This document shows, piece by piece, positions 28,293-39,952 of a stretch of DNA of 64,000 nt (the stretch's first letter is position 1; every line of letters starts with the position of its first letter). A program made the position numbers and the translations under genes. Under the pieces are notes generated by a model that was not told the DNA's origin, did no database searches, and was given only the letters and a program-made list of their open reading frames with translations. This DNA is from Longimicrobiales bacterium (lineage in GTDB: Bacteria > Gemmatimonadota > Gemmatimonadetes > Longimicrobiales > Gaopeijiaceae), in NCBI GenBank assembly GCA_965226375.1, contig CBDDCX010000005.1, positions 32,001 to 96,000 on the forward strand, given 5' to 3'.

Positions 28293-30959
28293 ATGTTTCT
28301 TCGCTTGTACCGGCTCCTCTTGCACCTGTATCCGACGCGTGTCCGCGACCGGTATGGCGAGGAGATGGTGTGGTTCCTTCGCGACGCTCGGGCTGAGGCG
28401 GGAGGGAGGGGACGCCTCGCGGTCGCTTGTTTCTATGTGCGGGCTGTCAGAGACGTGTTGGTAAATGGGGTGTCGGAGCGGTGGGAGAGCCGTCATAGAA
28501 GTACTACTGGGGAACGACGAGGGGGGGCGGGGATGGAAGTGTGGATGCAGGATCTTCGTTATGCGGTTCGAGCCTTTGTCAGGCGCCCGGTATTCGCCGG
28601 AATCGGCGTGCTGACGCTGGCCATCGGGATCGGGGGAAACACACTGATCTTCAGTGTGGTGGAGGCGGTGCTCGTCCGGCCACTTCCGTATGACGAACCG
28701 GACCGCGTAGTGGTGCTGAACCGTCGAGGGCCCGACGACGAGGGCACGCTACGTCGCGTAGCCTACTCGGACCCCGCGTTCCTGGCCCTCCAAGAGGCGA
28801 ACCGAGGGTTCGAGGGCCTGGCCCCGTTCACCACCTTCCCCACTGTGGCCGGGGGAGAGGATCGCCCCTTCCAGACCACTGTGACGGCCGCGACCTCCGG
28901 TCTTTGGAAGGTCTTGGGAGTCGAGGCTCGGCTCGGCAGGACCTTCGGCTCCGATGACGACGACCCGGGCGTGGTGCCCGTCGTGCTCCTGAGCCACCGA
29001 CTCTGGATGAGTAGATACGGCGGCGATCCGGGCGTCCTCGGTCGGTCGATGACCCTCGGTGTGGGCGAGAGGACCATCGTCGGTGTGCTGCCAGCCGACT
29101 TCTTGTTCCTCGACGAGCGAGTCGAGCTTTGGGTACCTCTGCCCATCGATCCAGCCCGCTTCGTCGCCAATGCGGCCCTCAACAACAATCGGACTGTTGT
29201 CGGGCGACTCCCCAAGGCATCCGACGAGACGATCGCCGGGGTGCTCGCCGAGACGCAGCGTGGTGCCGCGTACGTTCGCCCTGATGCCTTCTCCGACGGA
29301 GAGATCCTCTCCGTGCTGTCGATTCGGGAGTTCCAGGTTGGAAGCCTGGAGCCAACCCTGTTTACGCTCTTCGGTGCGGTGGCGTTCGTGCTCCTCATCG
29401 CCTGCGCGAATCTCGCCAATCTGCTTCTGATCCAGGCGGAGGGGAGGCGTGCGGAGTTCGCCGTGCGATCGGCCCTGGGGGCCGGGCATAGCAGGATCCT
29501 GCGTCAGCTCCTGACCGAGAGCCTCCTGCTCGCGGGCGTGGGCGCCACCGTCGGACTGGCCCTCGCGTACATGGGGCTCGACGTGGTGAGGACGCTGGCG
29601 CCGGCCACGATCCCGAGGTTGGATCAGGCTCAGTTGAGTGGGGCAGTGTTGGGCTTCACGCTGTTGCTCACGTTGGTAACGGGGGCGGTCTTCAGTGTGG
29701 CTCCGGCCATCGTCACGCTCCGCTCGAACCTTCGCTCCACGCTTTCCGAGGGCGGACGGTCCTATGTGTCCGGGAGGGCGCGAGTGCGTGCTCTGCTCGT
29801 GGTCGCCGAGGTCGCGGTGACCCTGGTCCTCATGATCGGTGCGGGCCTCCTCGTGAACTCCCTATATCGGCTCCGCCAGATCGAGCCCGGGTTCGAGCCG
29901 GAGGGAAGGATGGTAGCGCAGCTGTTGCTCCCGCCGGGCCGCTACACCACGGACGGCGAGCTGCACGGGCTCTTCCAAGAGATGGTCCGCCGCCTAGACG
30001 CGCTGCCGGGTGTCGAGAGGAGTGCCTACACCTTCCTCCTTCCAATGCAGGCGACGTCAAATTGGTGGGTCCAGATCGAGAACCGAGAGGACGAGGGCGT
30101 CTCGTTCATCGACTACGACCTGGTCACTTCGGGTTACTTCGAGACGATGGGAATTCCCCTGTTGCGCGGACGGCTCTTCGATCGAGCCGAGGCGGTTGGG
30201 GAACGGCCGGCCGTGATCATCTCCGAGTCAGTGGCCGAGAGCCTTTTCCCCGGCGAGGATCCACTCGGCAAGCGTCTCAACATGAACATGCCACCGAACC
30301 ACGTGTGGCGGGACATTGTGGGTGTGGTCGGAGACGTGCGGGACGATGCGCTTTCGGTGGAGGCCGGTCGGCAGATGTACTGCCCGCCCATCGTGCTCCC
30401 TCTGGCGACGCCTGCATTCGGAGGCACGCTCGTGGTGAAGACCAGCGGTGAGGACCCGCTGAGCGTTCTCGGCTCGGTCCGGCAGGCGGTTGCGGACGTG
30501 ATCCCCTCAGCCTCCTTGGGACAGGCGCAGACGCTCGACGAGGTTGTGGCTGGATCGGAGGGGGAGAGGCGCTTCGTGATGTGGCTCCTCATGTCGTTCG
30601 CGGGAGCCGCCCTGGTGCTTTCGATCGTGGGCCTTTACGGCGTGCTCTCCTATTCGGTGACCATGAGGACCAAGGAGTTCGGGGTCCGGATCGCTCTTGG
30701 TGCCAGCCCCGACGCCGTCGTCCGATCGGTGGTTACACAGGGCGTCTCGCTGGCCGGGGCCGGTGCGGTCCTGGGGTTGGGGGCCGCAGTCTGGCTCACC
30801 CAACTCCTGCGTGGCCTTCTGTTCGAAGTGGCTCCGCTGGACCTGGTCACCTACGTCGGGGTTGCCGGCGTTCTCGTTGTGGTAGCGCTCCTGACGACCG
30901 GACTGCCGGCTCGACGGGTGACCCGCATCGATCCGGTACGAGCCCTCCGCGCGGACTAG
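28293..30959 (+). CDS. ADOP-family duplicated ABC permease
   Basis: LYRLLLHLYP N-terminal extension, QDLRYAVR, TLAIGIGGNT, LLIACANLANL, EFAVRSALGA, GLYGVLSY, IDPVRALRAD. Confidence 0.92.
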   Translation: MFLRLYRLLLHLYPTRVRDRYGEEMVWFLRDARAEAGGRGRLAVACFYVRAVRDVLVNGVSERWESRHRSTTGERRGGAGMEVWMQDLRYAVRAFVRRPVFAGIGVLTLAIGIGGNTLIFSVVEAVLVRPLPYDEPDRVVVLNRRGPDDEGTLRRVAYSDPAFLALQEANRGFEGLAPFTTFPTVAGGEDRPFQTTVTAATSGLWKVLGVEARLGRTFGSDDDDPGVVPVVLLSHRLWMSRYGGDPGVLGRSMTLGVGERTIVGVLPADFLFLDERVELWVPLPIDPARFVANAALNNNRTVVGRLPKASDETIAGVLAETQRGAAYVRPDAFSDGEILSVLSIREFQVGSLEPTLFTLFGAVAFVLLIACANLANLLLIQAEGRRAEFAVRSALGAGHSRILRQLLTESLLLAGVGATVGLALAYMGLDVVRTLAPATIPRLDQAQLSGAVLGFTLLLTLVTGAVFSVAPAIVTLRSNLRSTLSEGGRSYVSGRARVRALLVVAEVAVTLVLMIGAGLLVNSLYRLRQIEPGFEPEGRMVAQLLLPPGRYTTDGELHGLFQEMVRRLDALPGVERSAYTFLLPMQATSNWWVQIENREDEGVSFIDYDLVTSGYFETMGIPLLRGRLFDRAEAVGERPAVIISESVAESLFPGEDPLGKRLNMNMPPNHVWRDIVGVVGDVRDDALSVEAGRQMYCPPIVLPLATPAFGGTLVVKTSGEDPLSVLGSVRQAVADVIPSASLGQAQTLDEVVAGSEGERRFVMWLLMSFAGAALVLSIVGLYGVLSYSVTMRTKEFGVRIALGASPDAVVRSVVTQGVSLAGAGAVLGLGAAVWLTQLLRGLLFEVAPLDLVTYVGVAGVLVVVALLTTGLPARRVTRIDPVRALRAD

Positions 30960-30972
30960 CCGCAAGATTCCT

Positions 30973-31773
30973 CTAGCGGACCTCGACCCGACTTCGCGCC
31001 ATTCCGCTGTTCGCCCTGCCGGCGTCCACCGCCAGCACCAGAAGGTCGTAGTGCCCGGCCTCGGATACCGTGAGTGAGCCCACATACGTACTGCGCTCCC
31101 CGGCGTATCGCAGCGTCGCGTCGGCCACCACGGTGTCACCCCGGAGGAGCCGTGCGGTGATGGATATTTGATCCGAGTCCCACATTCCGCCGGGTTCCGT
31201 GGGGCACCCGCACAGCATGGTGACTTCTGCCTTCACCTCGAACGGCGATCCGGCTTTTCGGGCACCGTCGCCTGCGGGCTCCTCGATAACCACCGTGAAG
31301 CCGTACAGGTTCAGGATCAGGCCCTCTCCCAGAAAGTCCTCCCCCGGAATCATGAGGATGGTCTTGCTCGCCTGTCGCAGTGCCTGCTCTGTCCCTAGGG
31401 GGCCCTCGGCCACCACCTCCACCAGGGTAGGCTCTTCGAGAGCCAGAGTGGCGATGAAGTGGGCAGCCCCCTCGGTCCCGAATACCGTGGACCCCCGCAT
31501 CCGCGGTGCGACCATGATCGAATTCGTGTCCCCGGTCGAGCCCTTCTGCTCCCCGTTGGCGAGTACCTCTCCCGTCCGGGCGTTGCGGACGGTGATCCGG
31601 GCCCCACCGACTCCCGACCCAATCACCTTGGCGTCGTTTGCCACGGCCCTGACGAGCAGCCACGTAGGCGTTTGAGCGGCGAGGGCTCGCGGCAGCGCCG
31701 CCATCGCGACGATCACGAGGAGGGGACCCGCGAGCTTCAGATGTCTCGTTCTCATCATCGTATTCCCTTTCAT
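30973..31773 (-). CDS. Secreted hypothetical protein with CGCP motif
   Basis: Signal peptide (..ALPRALAAQ); VRAVANDAKVIG, MLCGCPTEPGGMW; beta-rich. Start could be 31758. Confidence 0.65.
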   Translation of the reverse strand: MKGNTMMRTRHLKLAGPLLVIVAMAALPRALAAQTPTWLLVRAVANDAKVIGSGVGGARITVRNARTGEVLANGEQKGSTGDTNSIMVAPRMRGSTVFGTEGAAHFIATLALEEPTLVEVVAEGPLGTEQALRQASKTILMIPGEDFLGEGLILNLYGFTVVIEEPAGDGARKAGSPFEVKAEVTMLCGCPTEPGGMWDSDQISITARLLRGDTVVADATLRYAGERSTYVGSLTVSEAGHYDLLVLAVDAGRANSGMARSRVEVR

Positions 31774-31849
31774 ATGCTCTCGGTCGGGGTCGACCTGCTC
31801 CAAGGATGTCCGCCTCGATCCGGAAACGGGCGTGCTTGGTCGCCCCGCC

Positions 31850-33796
<1,947 letters not shown>

Positions 33797-34053
33797 GTGT
33801 CGGAAGATAATCGGCTCTGGGGTCGTCTAGCAATTCAAGAAGGGAGCTCGGCTGGCTGCGTTCCCGTCCGGCGTTTGACCGGTTCTCACTCATGCCACAA
33901 AATGATCGTGCGATCGGAGCATGATCCGCTCATCACCCGACCTCGCGTCCGTGGTGGAATCTGTCCGCCTCCGAGATCCGGGAGTGCGCGAAATGATCCG
34001 CGCTCACCGACGAAAATAGACCGATGCACCGTACGGGAGTTCTTGGTATGTGG

Positions 34054-37000
34054 ATGAAAGCCGTTCATAGAGTCTTCACGGGGGTAATGCTCACCGCCTC
34101 GATGTCGGTGGGTGCCGGGAACGTCGCCGCGCAGGCCGTGACCGATCCGAATCAGATATACGATCCGGCCCTCTTTGCCGAGCTGGACTACAGGATGGTC
34201 GGGCCCTCCCGGGGCGGGCGAGTGACGGCGGTGGCAGGACACGCCGGAGCGGAGGGGACCTTCTACATGGGGGCCGTCGGCGGGGGAGTCTGGAAGACGA
34301 CCGACTACGGCCAGAGTTGGTGGAACGTGTCGGACGGGTACTTCGCCACCGGCTCGATTGGGGCCATTCGCGTGGCCCCGTCCAATCCACGGGTGGTATA
34401 CGTGGGTACGGGCTCGGACGGCATCCGGAGCAATGTCATCGCTGGCAGAGGCGCCTACCGATCCGACGATGCGGGTAGGACCTGGAGCGACATCGGGCTC
34501 CGCGATATGGGCCAGATCGGTGCGCTCGTCATCCACCCGAGGAATCCCGACCTGCTGTATGTCGCGGCCCTGGGTCACGCCTTCGGACCGAATCCCGACC
34601 GAGGGGTCTACCGAAGCAGCGACGGTGGATCCAGCTGGGATCACGTGCTCTTCACGTCCGATTCGGTAGGGGCGATCGACCTGGAAATGCACCCCACCGA
34701 CTCCAACACGCTCTATGCGGCCATGTGGCGTGGCGAACGCAAACCATGGACCATCATCAGCGGGATGGAGGCATCCGGGCGGGAAGACGGGATCTGGCGC
34801 TCGCGGGACGGCGGGGACACCTGGAGCTTCATGGACGTAGGTCTGCCCAACGGACTCATCGGCAAGATCGATCTCGCGGTGTCCATGGACGATCCGGACC
34901 GCGTCTACGCGCTTGTCGAGACCAAAGAGCCCGAGGAAGGGCTTTACCGTTCCGACGATGTCGGGAGCACCTGGCGGATGGTCACGGACCACAAACGGTT
35001 GATGGATCGGCCCTTCTACTACACCAACATCGATGCCGACCCGACGGACGCCGATGTCGTCTACGTGAATGCGACCCAATTCTGGAAGTCCACCGACGGC
35101 GGCACGACCTTCGTACAGCGCTCGACTCCGCACGGAGACAATCACGACATGTGGATCAACCCGATCGATCCCCTGGTCATGGTGCAGTCGAACGACGGCG
35201 GAGCAAACGTTACCCGGGATGGCGGGGTGACCTGGTCTACCCAGTCCAACCAGCCCACCGCGGAGCTGTGCCAGGTCGACGTGGACGATCGGTTCCCCTA
35301 CTGGCTCTACGCGGGCCAGCAGGACAACAGCACGATCATGGTCCCCAGCAGCGTTCCCGAGGTGAGCGGCCTCTCGGGTCCCGAGAGCTACTGGATGGCC
35401 GTTGGAGGATGTGAGACTGGGCCGGTGGTCCCCAAGCCGGGTGACTCGAACATCGTATACGCGAACTGCAAGGGACGCTTCGGACGGTACAACCACAGCA
35501 CGGGCCAGGAGAAACAGTACTATGTCGGTGCCGTGAACCTGTACGGCGTCAACCCCCGGGAGCTGCCGTACCGTTTCCAGCGCGTCGTCCCCATCGAGGT
35601 CTCCCCACACGATCCCGGCACGGTGTACCATGGCTCACAGTACGTTCATCGCACTCGTGATGAAGGTGTCACCTGGGAGCAACTGAGTCCCGACCTGACC
35701 GCTTTCAGACCCGAGCGTCAAGTGATCTCTGGCACTCCCATCACTCGCGATATCACCGGGGAGGAGCACTATAGTGTGCTCTATACTATCGAGGAATCTC
35801 CGGTCGAGGCTGGAGTGATATGGACCGGCGCCAACGACGGGCCGGTCTACGTGACCCGGAACGACGGGGAAACCTGGACCGAGGTCACACTCCCTGACAT
35901 GCCCGCCGAGGGACGCATCCAGAACATCGACCCGTCGCCCCATCGGGGCGGCAGTGCTTATGTGGCCGGTTACCGCTACCTGCTGGACGACTTCCGGCCC
36001 TACATCTACCGAACGGACGACTATGGGGCGAGTTGGACACTCCTCACCGACGGGACCAACGGGATTCCCGACGACTATCCCACGCGAGTGGTGCGCGAAG
36101 ATCCCGATCGGGCAGGCCTTCTGTACGCGGGGACCGAGTTCGGAATGTTCATCTCCTTCGACGACGGGGGGCACTGGCAGTCCTTCCAGCTGGATCTTCC
36201 GGTCACGCCCATCACCGACCTGAAGATTCACAATCAGGACCTGGTGGTCTCGACCATGGGCCGATCGTTCTGGATCATGGACGACGTCACTCCGCTCCAT
36301 GAGATCGACGAGACGCTGGCCTCCGCCCAGGTCCACCTTTTTCAGCCCAAGGACGCCTACAGGGTCCGACGTAGTGGGCGGCAAGGTGGCGGCCCCGCTT
36401 CCGGGCGGCCCGAGTATCCCCAGCCGGGTGCACTCATCGACTACTATCTCGGGGACGACGTGGGGGGCGATGTGACCGTAGAGATCCTCGATCACGAAGG
36501 GAAGGTCGTACGAGGATTCACGAGTACCACCGAGGACTATCAGTACGAGGAATTCCAGGAGATGAGGGCGCCACAGGTGTCACGCTCCGGAGCTCCGCGA
36601 GTCGCTACTAGCGCCGGAATGCACCGGCTCGTCTGGGACCTGCAGTACCCCGGCGGCCTGGCCGGTCGTGGCCCTCTCGCCGTACCCGGACGCTTCGACG
36701 TCCGCCTGACCGTCGACGGTCGCAGCCAGACCCGATCATTCGAGGTCCTCATCGACCCGCGTGTGGCGCGGGACAACGTCACGTTGGCCGATATGCAGGA
36801 GCAGTTCGCCCTCAACATCCAGATCCGTGACGCCATCATCCGGGGGCGCCTGGCCGTGCAGGACATCGAGGCGGCCAAGGAGGGTTCGGAGGAGGGCAGG
36901 GAGGCCGGTGGTGATGTCGCAGAGCGGGCTCTCGCGGCGCTGGAAGCGCTGGCCGAGGTGGAGGCCGCGTTGGTCTCCAGGACGGACGGCAGCTACCAGA

Positions 37001-37153
37001 CGCCCATGCTCGTCGACCAGCTCCGCTACCTCTACTTCACGCGCCGACCAAAAGCCCGGCGAGGATGCGCACCAAAGATTGCAAGTGCTCGAGGACGAGC
37101 TAGAGCGACACATCGAGACCCTTCAGCGCATCATGCGAACGATCATCGCCTAG
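34054..37153 (+). CDS. Secreted BNR/Asp-box (VPS10-like) repeat protein, frameshifted near 37040
   Basis: GPSRGGRVTAVAG, many S/T-x-D-x-G-x-T/S-W boxes. The natural-looking C-terminus RADQKPGEDAHQRL.. lies in another frame ending at 37153; the current frame runs to 37188. Confidence 0.85.
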
Positions 37154-37185
37154 GCCCCTTAGTCACGCATATCGCCCAACACCAG

Positions 37186-37352
37186 TAGGGGGCCCCGCCG
37201 AGGACGGTGTGACTGGTTGGGCCCGTGGGGTTTGGGTACCCGCCTGAGGCGCGTCTGCCGCGCAGCGGCAGTAGCGTAGCGGCGCCGAAGGGGGGTGCCC
37301 AAACCTCAAAGGGCTGGTCTCGGTTGCGTGCTGTCCCCGGCGGGGCCTCCTA
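37186..37352 (+). repeat. 167-nt long imperfect palindrome (MITE-like element or structured RNA)
   Basis: tagggggccccgccgaggac pairs with gtccccggcggggcctccta; tggggtttgggtaccc pairs with gggtgcccaaacctca; TA at both ends. Confidence 0.7.
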
Positions 37353-38618
37353 ACGCCGCACCCTTCGCTTTCTGAGCATCCGATCGAAGCCGTGGATCTT
37401 GAAGTCCAACACGTCTTCGGCATCGAGATCTGCGAAACCGAGATCCGCCAGGTCTTCGAGAAAGTCCCGGTCGACTCCATGGATCTTGAACGCGAGCGCG
37501 TCGTCCGGATCCGAAAGCGGATATCCCATCTCGGCGAGGTTATCCATCCAGCGCTTGTTTACGCCGTGGATCTTGAAGGACAAGAGATCGTCGAAGTCCA
37601 TCCGGCCGAAGCCCAGGTCGTCGATCTCTGCCACGAAGTCCCGAGTGATCCCATGGATGGACATGGACATGAGGTCGTCGAAACTCAAAGGCCCGAAGCC
37701 CAGATCGCGGGCGTCGCGAGCCAGGTCGGCGTCCACACCATGGATTTTCACGGCCATTAGCTCGTCGGCATCCAGTTCGCCGAAACCCAGGTCGAGTGTC
37801 TCCTGGATGAACTCCGCGTCGATGCCATGGACGCGAAAGGCCACAGCATCGTCCGCGTCGTCGAAGTCGAAACCCTCGGCCTCCATGGAGCGGAGCCACT
37901 CGGCGGAAACGCCATGGATCTGCATGGCTACAAGATCGTCCGCGCTCAAACGTCCAAAGCCGAGGCCGCGCATCTCGTCGATGTCGCTGCGATCCAGTCC
38001 ATGGACGCGGAAGGCGATCAACTCGTCGAAATCCATGTTCCGTAGGCCCAGGTCCGCCATCTCAGCGGCGAACGTGCCACTGACGTCGAAGATGGCGGCG
38101 GCGATCACGTCATCGAAGTCGAGATTCCTGAATCCGGCTGCCTGCAGCTCGTCCACGAACCGTGGATCGACATCGTGCATCGCTGCTGCGAACATGTCCC
38201 GATCGGACAGGCTCCTGAATCCGAGATCGACCATGACATCCCCATACCGGGGATCGGGCGTGAAGGTGAAGTCGCCAGACCCCCTGTTGCGTCGTAGTCG
38301 GCCCTCGAACACGATGGTGCCTGCGGCGCGCACGAGCTCGAAATGGACGTCGCCTCCATTCCCCTCCGCCAGGTCGATCATGTCATCGACGACGTTGGCC
38401 GACAGCGTCATCGAGGAGTGGTTCCGCCACCGGTCTTCCCACACGCTGAGTTGGATCCGAGTACGTTCGGGCTCACCTCGGTAGAGTCTCGCGTTCCAGG
38501 ATCCCTCGATGACCTGTTCTTGAACAGCTGCCGTCGTGGTCTTGCCGCTGAGGTCCGCTTGATTCGTCACAACCCCAAGGAGCACCAAGGCGCAGCCGGT
38601 AAACCGTCGCTTACTCAT
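37350..38618 (-). CDS. Secreted protein with about 10 tandem 29-aa helical repeats
   Basis: Signal-like N-terminus; repeat consensus GFxxLDxDDLxAxxIHGVDxxFxxExxxL. Confidence 0.75.
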   Translation of the reverse strand: MSKRRFTGCALVLLGVVTNQADLSGKTTTAAVQEQVIEGSWNARLYRGEPERTRIQLSVWEDRWRNHSSMTLSANVVDDMIDLAEGNGGDVHFELVRAAGTIVFEGRLRRNRGSGDFTFTPDPRYGDVMVDLGFRSLSDRDMFAAAMHDVDPRFVDELQAAGFRNLDFDDVIAAAIFDVSGTFAAEMADLGLRNMDFDELIAFRVHGLDRSDIDEMRGLGFGRLSADDLVAMQIHGVSAEWLRSMEAEGFDFDDADDAVAFRVHGIDAEFIQETLDLGFGELDADELMAVKIHGVDADLARDARDLGFGPLSFDDLMSMSIHGITRDFVAEIDDLGFGRMDFDDLLSFKIHGVNKRWMDNLAEMGYPLSDPDDALAFKIHGVDRDFLEDLADLGFADLDAEDVLDFKIHGFDRMLRKRRVRR

Positions 38619-38786
38619 TGCCCATCCCCTCGTTATGGTGTGGCGGGCTGGACCGGTAGGCTCATCGAGCTGCCGAAGTGTCACCGGTGGACGTACGTCG
38701 TCTCCCGCCGCCTTCTTCTTCGATGACGCGGAGGCGTTGTTTGTTGGGAGGTACTGCGGGAGGGGTCGGCACCGGGGAAGCCGAGC

Positions 38787-39251
38787 TTACTGCGTGGCGA
38801 AAATGAAGGTGTAGGTCTCGCCCAACTCGAACTTCGCATTGTTCGGGATCAGGTCCAGGAGGGCCATCCCGAGGGCCCGATCCGATGTGGTGATGGAGAT
38901 ACCGATCAGACCTCGCACCGACGGGTTACCAGGCATGCCGCCGGGGAGGATCCAGTGCTCCCAATCGAGTTGGTATCTCTCGCGATCGAAGGCGAAGTTG
39001 GCGGGCAACAAGTCGACCAACTCCGGGGGTACGACGCCCGCGTCGGTATCGTCGGGCCAAGGGTTGTTCTCGATGGACAGGCGGGTCGCCGCTTCCTCCA
39101 CGACGCTGAACGAGGCCCTCACCTCCGTAGCACGGGCCCTTGTCAGGACCTCCTGCATCTGTGGGATCGCGATACGGGTCAGAACGCTTACGATCATCAT
39201 AACCGTGACCGCCTCGACCAAGGTGAAGCCCCGACGCTGCTTCTGGCCCAT
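38787..39251 (-). CDS. Type IV pilin / T2SS pseudopilin-like protein
   Basis: Class III signal KQRRG|FTLVEAVTVMMIVSVLTRIAIP. Confidence 0.85.
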   Translation of the reverse strand: MGQKQRRGFTLVEAVTVMMIVSVLTRIAIPQMQEVLTRARATEVRASFSVVEEAATRLSIENNPWPDDTDAGVVPPELVDLLPANFAFDRERYQLDWEHWILPGGMPGNPSVRGLIGISITTSDRALGMALLDLIPNNAKFELGETYTFIFATQ

Positions 39252-39817
39252 CAGTCGATCACCGCGAGGTCGAGGATGTCGGCGCCCTCGGCTACGAAGT
39301 CGTCCATGGGCTCCACGGACGAGTACGAGAGGATGACCCTAGAGGTGCGTCCCAGAATCCGGTAGTCGCGGTCGGTGAGTCGGATGTACTCCATGCCTTG
39401 GAAGACCGGACCGGCATCTTCGAGATCCACGGGCACGCGCCCCGTGTCGATGCGGTACTGCTCGATCTTCTGGGCCTGGAAGTACATGACCAGCCTCAGT
39501 GTCGCCTCTTCCTGTTCGGTGGGAGGAGGCCCAGGCGTCGGGACGCGCAACACGTCGGGCGGCCACGTCCAGATCCAGATGGTAATGGCCGTGGCGAGGG
39601 CGAGCGCCACATGCCTGCGACCGTACCCCTGCCTCCCTGCGAGTACCACACGAGCCTCTTCCTCGTGCTCGGCTTTCTCGCTCTGCTCGCGCATGACCGC
39701 AGCCAACACGGCATCGCGCTCGCGGGCCTGGCTGATCTCCACATCAAGGATCCCAGCTTCTTCAGGCTGTTCGCTCGCCGGCTGAAACTCCGGGTCGTCG
39801 GGCCTGTTCGGCTTCAT
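39251..39817 (-). CDS. Single-TM hypothetical protein with pilin-like C-terminal domain
   Basis: Charged N-terminus, TM VALALATAITIWIW, KIEQYRIDTGRVPVDL; 1-nt overlap with the pilin gene. Confidence 0.6.
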   Translation of the reverse strand: MKPNRPDDPEFQPASEQPEEAGILDVEISQARERDAVLAAVMREQSEKAEHEEEARVVLAGRQGYGRRHVALALATAITIWIWTWPPDVLRVPTPGPPPTEQEEATLRLVMYFQAQKIEQYRIDTGRVPVDLEDAGPVFQGMEYIRLTDRDYRILGRTSRVILSYSSVEPMDDFVAEGADILDLAVID

Positions 39818-39952
39818 CCCTCGCCTCGTTGACGTGCTTAGACTAAAACGCCTCCCTGAAGCCATTCTCGAATGGCTCCAAGGGAAGCATCCCCAATCAA
39901 AGATAAACACCCTTCTCGCGCCACGCACCAAACTTTTTTTCCGGTGTGCCCT

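Noticed and set aside
33886..35631. 581-aa antisense ORF (and similar long shadows at 8328-9593, 23648-24871, 37399-38484, 50459-51556, 59037-60113)
   Set aside because: They lie opposite well-supported genes, have no motifs, and are expected from GC-rich codon bias.
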